From positions 186-64,185 of the forward strand of contig JASFKL010000001.1 in the NCBI GenBank assembly GCA_050118655.1: a stretch of DNA of 64,000 nucleotides, written 5' to 3'. The position numbers and the translations under genes are program-made. Under the pieces are notes generated by a model. The model saw only the letters and a program-made list of their open reading frames with translations, was not told the DNA's origin and searched no databases. Below, piece after piece: positions 1 through 7,634 of this stretch (within the stretch, counting starts at the first letter, position 1; each line of letters starts with the position of its first letter). This stretch comes from Gammaproteobacteria bacterium (lineage in GTDB: Bacteria; Pseudomonadota; Gammaproteobacteria; GCA-001735895).

Positions 1-50
1 ACGGCATTCAGGCAGAGGGTCAGCGGCACGCCGATCAAAATCAGCAGCAT
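1..50 (-). CDS. N-terminus (partial, runs off window start) of a hydrophobic/membrane protein; minus-strand ATG at 48-50 gives MLLILIGVPLTLCLNA...
   Basis: Reverse-complement translation of nt 1-50 is strongly hydrophobic; only 16 codons visible. Confidence 0.25.
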   Translation of the reverse strand, partial: MLLILIGVPLTLCLNA

Positions 51-756
51 AACCGGCCATAGCACCAGTTCATTCAGCACCTGGGGCTGCGAAATGTATG
101 AATACAATAGTCCCGCAACGAGAAATACCGTCGCACAACCCAGCGCGATTCTGCCGAATAGCGGATGGCTATCGAGATTGATGCTTGTATCGGCCTTGTC
201 TTTATTCAATGTCGTTTTCTATCGCGTCTGGGAAGCCGGATTCCGATATTTGCTTGGCAAGGTTGAACGCTGTTCCGAAATGCCTGCTGTTATAGTACTT
301 AACGCTTATGGGCGCAAAAGCCTGGTAACGATGTATTCATAAGTTGACGTAACGATTTCCAATCCTGGAAAAATCGGGGTCGGATCAGAAATTCCGTGAG
401 CGCCCTGCCCATAGCCTTCGAGAGTCGGCGAAGTCCGCGATGCAAGCGCGTTCCGGCGGGCTCGCCGAAGCCGCCGGTTATCCGCTTACCCGGCTCCGGG
501 AAAAAGGTTCCGTAAACCGGAGTCCTTCCGGTAAATCGGATTGGTCCCGGCTCTGCAAAGCTTGTTCAGAATTGTCGATCTTCCCGAAATGTTGCCAGAA
601 TCCGCCCGGTGCGACCTTCGGCCGCACTCGAGGAAGCGTCGAGATGCTTCGCTCTCTTCGAAGGGGACGGAGTTGCTATCGGTAACTGCGGAGACAACAG
701 GAGATGGTCGCCGAAAGCTACTCTGCCCCCCGGCCTCCCGGTTCTGGAACTCTCCC

Positions 757-1455
757 TCACTTCCAGGCGGGATCATCGTGCTGCGTGGCGAGAAACTCGA
801 TATATTCCCGGTTGGCCTGCCTGGCGCTTTCGTCCACCTGCCACAACGGCAGCGGCCGACCCGCCGCGATACGCTGAACCTCGGCTCCGGCGCGCCGGTT
901 CTCGGCGCCCTGCCCGGGCTCGAGCCCGAGACTGGTCTGACCGCCAGTCATCACCAGGTACACGTCCGCGAGTATGCGCGCATCGAGCAGCGCGCCGTGC
1001 AGGCTGCGGCCGCTATTGTCGATTTCGTAACGCTTGCAAAGCGCATCGAGGCTGTTTTTTTGGCCCGGGTGTTTCTGCCGTGCGAGCACCAGCGTATCGA
1101 GAATACTGCAGCTCTCCTCCAGGGTCGCAGGCGGCGGCTGCAGGCGTGCCAGCTCGCGTTCGAGAAACTCGACGTCGAAAGGCGCGTTATGAATCACCAG
1201 CTCGGCGCCGGCGACGTACTCGAGAAAATCCTCGGCAAGCTCGGCGAAGCGCGGCTTGTCCTGCAGGAACTCGCCGCTGATCCCGTGCACCTCGAACGCA
1301 CCCGGATCGATCTCGCGTTCCGGATTAATGTAATGGTGCCAGTGGTTGCCGGTGACTCGCCGGTTAATCAGTTCGACGCAGCCGATCTCGATGATACGGT
1401 GCCCCTGGCTGGCTTCGAGCCCCGTGGTTTCGGTATCGAGAACGATTTGTCTCAT
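757..1455 (-). CDS. dnaQ: DNA polymerase III epsilon subunit (3'-5' proofreading exonuclease)
   Basis: [13 protein letters not shown]...[15 protein letters not shown] exo I-III motifs; the listed ORF has a spurious Arg-rich N-extension, so start is set at MRQ (ATG 1453-1455), a 4-nt overlap with the rnhA stop. Confidence 0.9.
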   Translation of the reverse strand: MRQIVLDTETTGLEASQGHRIIEIGCVELINRRVTGNHWHHYINPEREIDPGAFEVHGISGEFLQDKPRFAELAEDFLEYVAGAELVIHNAPFDVEFLERELARLQPPPATLEESCSILDTLVLARQKHPGQKNSLDALCKRYEIDNSGRSLHGALLDARILADVYLVMTGGQTSLGLEPGQGAENRRAGAEVQRIAAGRPLPLWQVDESARQANREYIEFLATQHDDPAWK

Positions 1456-1895
1456 GCGGAACCTCCTGCGTCGATGGCGGCGTTCGCCAGTTGATCGGCC
1501 CGTTCGTTGCCGTGGACCCCGGAATGTCCCTTGACCCATTTCCAGCTAACGCGGTGGCGGGCGGCCTCGTCGTCGAGCCGTTTCCAGAGATCGTAATTCT
1601 TGACCGGCTTGCGGGCCGCGGTTTTCCAGCCGTTACGCTTCCAGGTCTGGATCCACTCGTTGATTCCCTGCATCACGTATTTCGAATCGGTGTGCAATTC
1701 GACCTCGCAGGGACGCTTGAGTGCGCGTAAACCTTCGATCACCGCGGTCAACTCCATGCGGTTGTTGGTGGTTTGCGCCTCGAAACCCTTCAAGGTCTTG
1801 TCGTTGCCGCGGTAATGCAGCACCACGCCCCAGCCGCCCGGACCGGGATTCCCGCGGCAGGCGCCGTCGGTATACATTACGACTTTATCCGCCAT
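1452..1895 (-). CDS. rnhA: Ribonuclease HI
   Basis: [26 protein letters not shown]...[14 protein letters not shown]...[14 protein letters not shown] is canonical RNase H; adjacent and overlapping dnaQ as in Pseudomonas. Confidence 0.92.
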   Translation of the reverse strand: MADKVVMYTDGACRGNPGPGGWGVVLHYRGNDKTLKGFEAQTTNNRMELTAVIEGLRALKRPCEVELHTDSKYVMQGINEWIQTWKRNGWKTAARKPVKNYDLWKRLDDEAARHRVSWKWVKGHSGVHGNERADQLANAAIDAGGSA

Positions 1896-1900
1896 CGAAA

Positions 1901-2665
1901 CTAGCGGTCATACTTCATGCTGCGCCCGACGCTGGGCCGGGCCATCTTGCCGGGCAGTATCTTGCGCGCGACCCAGCGATGGCGCACGGGTGTCAGGGGG
2001 GCGATATTCTTGCTGTATACCATCAGGTTGATCGCGCCGAGCAGCGGCGACAGGATACGCGTGCTCTTTTCCAGCCAGCCCAGGTGCCGAATCACCGAAG
2101 GCCGCTGAATCGGCGGCAGATAACCGACCCGGATGTGCCTGTCCTGATCGAAACCGAGCAGTTGCATCCAGTCGTCGATCCGCCGGGCCGTGTAGAGGTG
2201 GCCGGTAAAGGGAACATGCTCGAGCCAGGACTGGCAGTAGTGCCTGAAGCCCCAGAGCGAAACGGGATTGAAATCGATGATCACCAGCTTACCCTCGGGA
2301 ATCAGGACTCGAAAAGCCTCGCGCAGGACCGCGTGCGGTTCATCGGTATTCGCCAGGTGATGCATCAGGATGACCAGGTCGACGCTGTCCGAAGCGACCG
2401 GCAGCATCGAGGGGTTGGCCCTGATCTTGGACCCCGAATCCAGCTCGTCGAGCGTGAACTGGTGCTTGATGCGACAACTCTGTTGCAGGCTGGCTGCCAT
2501 GCCCGGACAACCGATTTGCAGCGAGTAATAGCCGAAAGTCGTCGACAATATCGGATTGATGCGCTCTTCCAGCTCTTTGAACAGATGTTGACCGGTTTCC
2601 GCCTGATACCAGTCGTCCATACAGGCAAATCTTTTGCTATCAGTGCCTTGTCGGTCAAATCTCAT
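1901..2665 (-). CDS. Class I SAM-dependent methyltransferase (YafS-like)
   Basis: Conserved position next to rnhA (E. coli yafS / Pseudomonas PA1814-like); motif [10 protein letters not shown]...[10 protein letters not shown]; alternative start at MDDWYQ (2620). Confidence 0.78.
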   Translation of the reverse strand: MRFDRQGTDSKRFACMDDWYQAETGQHLFKELEERINPILSTTFGYYSLQIGCPGMAASLQQSCRIKHQFTLDELDSGSKIRANPSMLPVASDSVDLVILMHHLANTDEPHAVLREAFRVLIPEGKLVIIDFNPVSLWGFRHYCQSWLEHVPFTGHLYTARRIDDWMQLLGFDQDRHIRVGYLPPIQRPSVIRHLGWLEKSTRILSPLLGAINLMVYSKNIAPLTPVRHRWVARKILPGKMARPSVGRSMKYDR

Positions 2666-2730
2666 TTGAAAGTTACGAATCGCGAGTTACAATCAAGTAT
2701 ATTCTAGCCACTAAAAACAATCGATACTAA

Positions 2731-4500
2731 ATGTTTCCCATTTCGAAGCCCCTGCCCGGGGACCGTAATCTGTTGGCCTATCCGCTGTTCGCGCTGTTGG
2801 TGGCGGGATGCGCGAACCTGCAACCCGCGCCCGATGCCGGCGGAGCGGACGCGGAGCCGATCCGGGCTCAGGACGCAGGCGACAACAGGCAGCAAATTGA
2901 CTCGCGCCTCGATGCGGTGGCGCTGGCTTCGGCCGGCTCGGTATATGTCGCTTACGATTTCGATTTCGAAAGCCAGCTGAAAATGGCCGAGACAGAGGCC
3001 GCCGAAAGACAGCGCGCGGCCGAGGCCGAAGCCAGGGCGGAAGCGGAGATCGTCGCCGCGATCAAGGCGGACCTGGAAGCGACCCGCAAGAAACACGATG
3101 CCTGGCTCAGGCTGCAACAGGGCATGCAATTGTCCGAGGTCCACAATGAGCGCGTCAACGCCCAGCTCAAATGGTTCGTCGATCACCCCGGATACATGCA
3201 ACGCGTGATGGAGCGCGCCCGTCCGATCCTGCCGTTCGTGCTCGACGAGCTCGAAGCGCGCAACCTCCCCAGCGAACTGGCCCTGCTGCCGATCGTCGAG
3301 TCGGCTTACCAGGCATTCGCCTATTCCCACGGACGCGCCTCGGGCATGTGGCAAATCATCCCCTCGACCGGCCGCTTCCTCGGGCTCAAGCAAAACTGGT
3401 GGTACGACGGACGTCGAGACATCATCGAGTCGACGCGCGCGGCGATCAATTATCTGCAGCAGTTGTCGCAGGAATTCGACGGCGACTGGGAACTCGCGCT
3501 CGCGGCCTACAACGCGGGGCCCGGCAGGATCCGCAGCGCGGTTCGCTACAACCGCTATCGGGACCGGCCGACCGATTTCTGGAGTCTGACCCGTATTCGC
3601 AAGGAGACCCAGGCTTACGTGCCGAAGATGTTCGCGCTCAAGGAAATGTTTACTCATCCGGAGAAGTACCAGCTCGACCTGTTGCCGATCAACAACCAGG
3701 TCAGTTACGAAATCGTCGAGCTCGACGGCCAGATCGATCTCGCGCTGGCCGCGGACCTGGCCGGAATCTCGGTGAATCAACTCTATCAGTTGAACCCGGC
3801 CTTCAATCGCTGGGCGACCGCGCCCGACGGGCCGCATCGCCTGCTGCTGCCGCGCGGCAAGGCGGATCATTTCAGGCACGAAGTCTCCAAGGTACCGAGT
3901 ACCAAGCGCATCAACTGGGTGCGGCACAAGATCAAGAGCGGTGAAACGCTGAGTGAAATCTCGCGACACTACCGGACTTCGGTGGCGCTGATCAGGGAAG
4001 TCAACAATATCCGCGGCAGCCATATCCGCGCCGGCAAATACCTGATGGTTCCGACGGCCACCAAATCGCTGAGAACCTATACCCTGAGCGCGAGTTCGCG
4101 GCTGGCAGCCCTGCAGAACACCGACCGCGGCGGAACCCGCCAGGAGCACATCGTGCGTCCGGGACAGAGCCTGTGGAGCATCTCGCGGAGCTACGGCGTC
4201 ACCACGCGGGCGCTCGCCAAGTGGAACGGCATGGCGCCGATCGATACCCTGCAGGTGGGACAGAAGCTCGTCGTATGGACCAGCGCCCAGGCGCGCAAGG
4301 TCAGTATCAGTCAGACGCGGCCCAGTAACGCATTACACGCGCTGCGCTACACTGTCCGCAAGGGAGATTCACTGTATCTCATCGCGGATCGCTTCAATGT
4401 CAGCATCGCGGATATCAGGCGCTGGAACCGGCTCGGCAAATATTTGCATCCCGGGCAAAAAATCAAACTTTACGTCGACATCACCAGTCAGTCCGGCTAG
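2731..4500 (+). CDS. mltD: Membrane-bound lytic murein transglycosylase D (lipoprotein, SLT domain + C-terminal LysM repeats)
   Basis: Lipobox LLVAGC; SLT catalytic region ...ESAYQAFAYSHGRASGMWQIIPSTG...; at least three LysM-like repeats in the C-terminal third; synteny with rnhA/dnaQ. Confidence 0.9.
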   Translation: MFPISKPLPGDRNLLAYPLFALLVAGCANLQPAPDAGGADAEPIRAQDAGDNRQQIDSRLDAVALASAGSVYVAYDFDFESQLKMAETEAAERQRAAEAEARAEAEIVAAIKADLEATRKKHDAWLRLQQGMQLSEVHNERVNAQLKWFVDHPGYMQRVMERARPILPFVLDELEARNLPSELALLPIVESAYQAFAYSHGRASGMWQIIPSTGRFLGLKQNWWYDGRRDIIESTRAAINYLQQLSQEFDGDWELALAAYNAGPGRIRSAVRYNRYRDRPTDFWSLTRIRKETQAYVPKMFALKEMFTHPEKYQLDLLPINNQVSYEIVELDGQIDLALAADLAGISVNQLYQLNPAFNRWATAPDGPHRLLLPRGKADHFRHEVSKVPSTKRINWVRHKIKSGETLSEISRHYRTSVALIREVNNIRGSHIRAGKYLMVPTATKSLRTYTLSASSRLAALQNTDRGGTRQEHIVRPGQSLWSISRSYGVTTRALAKWNGMAPIDTLQVGQKLVVWTSAQARKVSISQTRPSNALHALRYTVRKGDSLYLIADRFNVSIADIRRWNRLGKYLHPGQKIKLYVDITSQSG

Positions 4501-4617
4501 ATCCGGCGCTGCCATGGCGTTGCCGCGAGAATTTGTCCGCAGGTAGTTGCTTTATCCCGACCCAGACGCCAAAATAGACTTTTACGTGCGAACGACGAAG
4601 GGTTCCCCAACAAGATT

Positions 4618-5673
4618 ATGAGCCTTGAAATTGATCCCAAACAAATAAAATCCTTCTCTCCGATCAATTCTCTGAATCCAGAAAACGCTCAAGAATTAGT
4701 CAACAAAATTACCGCTACCCCGATCCAGGCGGGCCACTATATCTTCAAGAAAGGTGATATGGACAAGGCGCACGTCTACGTGCTCTCGGGCGAAGTGGAG
4801 CTGGTGCAGGACAAAAAGGTGGTCAAGACCATCAAGGCGGGCTCCCCGGAAGGCATGCAACCGCTGGCGCACGGATTTCCCCGGCCGGTGTCGGCGCGCG
4901 CCAAGGTCGCCTCGGTGGTCACCAAGATCAACAGCGACATGCTCGACATCATGCTGACCTGGGACCAGTCGGGCAGTTACTCGGTAGAACCCGTCGACGA
5001 AGAAGACGAAGAAACCGACTGGATGACCCGCATCCTGCAAACCCGGGCCTTCCATCGCATTCCGCCGGCCAATATCCAGGCGATGTTCATGCGCATGGAA
5101 TCGGTCAGCTTCAAGCCCGGCGAGAAAGTGATCGAACAGGATGCCGAGGGCGATTATTTCTACATCATCAAGGAAGGCCGTTGCCTGGTCACCCGCTCCA
5201 CGCCGGCCAACCCGAATGGCGTCAAGCTGGCGACCCTGTCGGTGGGCGACAGTTTCGGCGAGGAAGCGCTGATCTCCGACAGCAAGCGCAACGCGACGAT
5301 CACGATGCTGTCCGAGGGGCATTTGATGCGCCTCAACAAGGAGGATTTCAACTCGCTGCTGAACGAACCGCTGCTCAACTGGGTCGATTACGACGAGGCC
5401 AGGAAACTGGTCGATGCGGGCGCCGTCTGGTTCGACGTACGCCTGCCTACCGAGCACAAGGCCAAGCACATCAAGGGCAGTATCAATATCCCGCTGATTT
5501 TCCTGCGCATGAAGGCCAATTCGCTCGATACCGAAAAGAAATACGTCATCTATTGCGATACCGGCCGGCGCAGCTCCGCGGCCTCTTTTCTACTCAACGA
5601 AAAGGATATCGAGACCTTCGTATTGCGCGACGGCGTCGATACCGCCGAGCCCTCCGACCTGGTTACCAGCTAA
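4618..5673 (+). CDS. Tandem cyclic-nucleotide-binding (CAP-ED) domains fused to a C-terminal rhodanese domain with catalytic Cys (CDTGRRS)
   Basis: Two cNMP-binding cores (YIFKKGDMDKAHVYVLSGEVELV... and YFYIIKEGRCLV...VGDSFGEEALI with the hallmark FGEEAL); rhodanese motif VWFDVRLPTEH...YVIYCDTGRRSSAAS. Confidence 0.8.
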   Translation: MSLEIDPKQIKSFSPINSLNPENAQELVNKITATPIQAGHYIFKKGDMDKAHVYVLSGEVELVQDKKVVKTIKAGSPEGMQPLAHGFPRPVSARAKVASVVTKINSDMLDIMLTWDQSGSYSVEPVDEEDEETDWMTRILQTRAFHRIPPANIQAMFMRMESVSFKPGEKVIEQDAEGDYFYIIKEGRCLVTRSTPANPNGVKLATLSVGDSFGEEALISDSKRNATITMLSEGHLMRLNKEDFNSLLNEPLLNWVDYDEARKLVDAGAVWFDVRLPTEHKAKHIKGSINIPLIFLRMKANSLDTEKKYVIYCDTGRRSSAASFLLNEKDIETFVLRDGVDTAEPSDLVTS

Positions 5674-5702
5674 CGCGCCTCGACGCCGTCGGATCCCGCC
5701 GC

Positions 5703-7307
5703 TCAGCCGGCGTAGCCCGGGATTAGCGATTCGTCTATTTCGTCGATCTGCTCCGGATCGAGAAACTCCTCGGCGTAGTCGAGGTAAACCCGCTCGCGAA
5801 TGAAGATCTCGAAGATATCGGGATCGATGTGATTGTCCTTTTTCATGAATCCCATGATGCGCAGGCACTCGGACAGTTTCTTGCCATGCTTGTATGGCCG
5901 ATCGCTGGCGGTCAGGGCCTCGAAAATATCGGCCACCGCCATAATCCGGGCCTGTACCGACATTTCCTCCCTTTTGAGCCCGCGCGGGTATCCCGTGCCA
6001 TCCATTTTTTCATGATGTCCGCCGGCATACTCGGGTACGTTTTGCAAATTGCGGGGAAACGGCAGCGATTCCAGCATCTTGATGGTCGCGACGATATGGT
6101 TGTTGATGACTTCCCGCTCTTCATCGTTCAGCGTGCCGCGCTTGATACACAGGTTCATGACCTCGTCGTCGGTCAAAAGCGGCCGCGTCTCGCCGGACCC
6201 GTCCACCCATTCGAGCCCGGCGAGTTGCTTTACCCGGTCGATATCCTCGTCGCTCATGAATTCGCCGCCGACATTGGCCTTGCGCAAAAATTCGAAATCC
6301 TGCCGGTATTGCTCGCGACGGGATTCGAGATCCCTGTCCAGTTGTTCGACATCGGCCTTCGATCCGTTTGCCGCTAGACGTTTTTTCAAGTATTCGATTT
6401 CGGCGTCGCGCTGCAGGATCACGAAACGGGTTTCCAGCGCATTGATACGATCGTAAATCGTTTCCAGCTTGGTGGCCTTGTCCATCACGTACTCGGGGGT
6501 AACCACCTTGCCGCAATCGTGCAACCAGGCAGCGGTCTCGAGTTCGTAGCGATCCTTGTCGGTAATTCTGAAATCCTTCAGCGGCCCCTTGTCGTCCTGG
6601 TGCGCGGCCTCGGCAAGCATCATCGTCAATACCGGAATCCGCCGGCAATGACCGCCGGTATAGGGCGACTTGTCGTCGATCGCCGAGGCGATCATGCGGA
6701 TAAAAGATTCGAACAGGATTTGCAGTTCCGAGATCAGTCTCCGCTGGGTCAGCGCGACGGCTGCCTGGGAAGCCAGTGACTCGGCGAGTTGCTGTTCGAC
6801 GGCGCTGAAAACTTTGACCTCGCCGGTTTGCTCGTTCCTGGCATTGATCAATTGCAGCACGCCGATGATTTCCTTCTCGTGGTCCTTGAGCGGAAAGGTC
6901 AGCATGGAGCGGGTGCGGTAACCGGTCTTTTCGTCGAAGGCCCGCGTGCCCGAGAAATCGAAGCCGTCCTCGTTATAGGCGTCGGCAATGTTGATGGTTT
7001 CTCCGGACAGTACGCAGTGGGAGACGACGTTGGCATGGTTATCCTTGCCTTCGATCGACAGCGGTATCGCCGGAAAAGTGATTTCGTTACCCGAGGTACC
7101 GCCCATCTGTATATCGAGCGAATCGTTGGAAATGATCTCGAATCTGAGTTCGCCGTCGTTCAGAAAATACAGCGAGCCGCCATCCGCGTGGGTGAGCGAT
7201 TTTGCTCCCATCATGATCAGCTCGAGCAGCTTGGGCGTATCGTTTTCCGCCGACAGCGCGATGCCGATTTCATTTAACCGATCAATCCTGTCGAGCAATT
7301 CTGACAT
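5703..7307 (-). CDS. GAF-domain / HD-GYP-domain phosphodiesterase (probable c-di-GMP-specific)
   Basis: N-terminal GAF-like fold; HD motif AAWLHDCGKVVTPEY and GYP motif GGHHEKMDGTGYPRGL. Confidence 0.85.
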   Translation of the reverse strand: MSELLDRIDRLNEIGIALSAENDTPKLLELIMMGAKSLTHADGGSLYFLNDGELRFEIISNDSLDIQMGGTSGNEITFPAIPLSIEGKDNHANVVSHCVLSGETINIADAYNEDGFDFSGTRAFDEKTGYRTRSMLTFPLKDHEKEIIGVLQLINARNEQTGEVKVFSAVEQQLAESLASQAAVALTQRRLISELQILFESFIRMIASAIDDKSPYTGGHCRRIPVLTMMLAEAAHQDDKGPLKDFRITDKDRYELETAAWLHDCGKVVTPEYVMDKATKLETIYDRINALETRFVILQRDAEIEYLKKRLAANGSKADVEQLDRDLESRREQYRQDFEFLRKANVGGEFMSDEDIDRVKQLAGLEWVDGSGETRPLLTDDEVMNLCIKRGTLNDEEREVINNHIVATIKMLESLPFPRNLQNVPEYAGGHHEKMDGTGYPRGLKREEMSVQARIMAVADIFEALTASDRPYKHGKKLSECLRIMGFMKKDNHIDPDIFEIFIRERVYLDYAEEFLDPEQIDEIDESLIPGYAG

Positions 7308-7400
7308 CTACTGGCACCTGCCCCTCGCGGAGGCCGAGCTACGCGAGCTTCGAAAGTCGCTCTATTCTAGGTGAATCCCCGGGCATTTCAATTCCGGGCC

Positions 7401-7416
7401 GGTTAAATTTTTAACC
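7401..7416. promoter_or_regulatory. Inverted repeat GGTTAAA-TT-TTTAACC in the divergent promoter region between the HD-GYP gene and the CHASE2 kinase operon
   Basis: 7-bp perfect arms with 2-bp spacer, seen directly in an AT-rich 327-bp intergenic region. Confidence 0.3.
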
Positions 7417-7634
7417 CCAAGCACTGGTAAAAAAGCGCATTCAACCTTATAGTTTAGAGGCATCACGATTCATAAGAATACCGGGGGGGATCCAAGCTGT
7501 TAACCAGTTCAAGGTGTTCGCATAAACTATTGAATATTATACGAATCGGATTTCTTCATTTTCCGGTCGCACACCCAGTAAAGTACGACTATAACAAGCT
7601 GGGTGACTAATAAGAATCAAACTATGGAGACGGT

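Noticed and set aside
94-342. 82-aa plus-strand ORF in the AT-richer patch at the window start
   Set aside because: It has no recognisable motif, and I saw no RBS by eye. It is kept only as part of the unexplained-region finding.
380-760. Possible RNase P / tmRNA / SRP / 6S RNA gene downstream of dnaQ
   Set aside because: Manual comparison with E. coli M1, ssrA, ffs and ssrS hallmark sequences found only a short weak resemblance (UAUGGGCAGGG). That is not enough to call an ncRNA, so a covariance-model search is needed.
541-1494. 317-aa plus-strand ORF (and 609..1280) antisense to dnaQ
   Set aside because: Fully overlaps the well-supported dnaQ CDS on the opposite strand. The Arg/Ala-rich low-complexity translation is typical of high-GC antisense frames.
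2704-4149. 481-aa minus-strand ORF (and 3171..3944 plus) overlapping mltD
   Set aside because: Antisense or out-of-frame to a strongly supported mltD. It has no motifs and is Arg/Gly-rich.
4696-5469. 257-aa minus-strand ORF antisense to the cNMP-rhodanese gene
   Set aside because: It lies opposite a gene with clear CAP-ED/rhodanese motifs. High-GC artefact.
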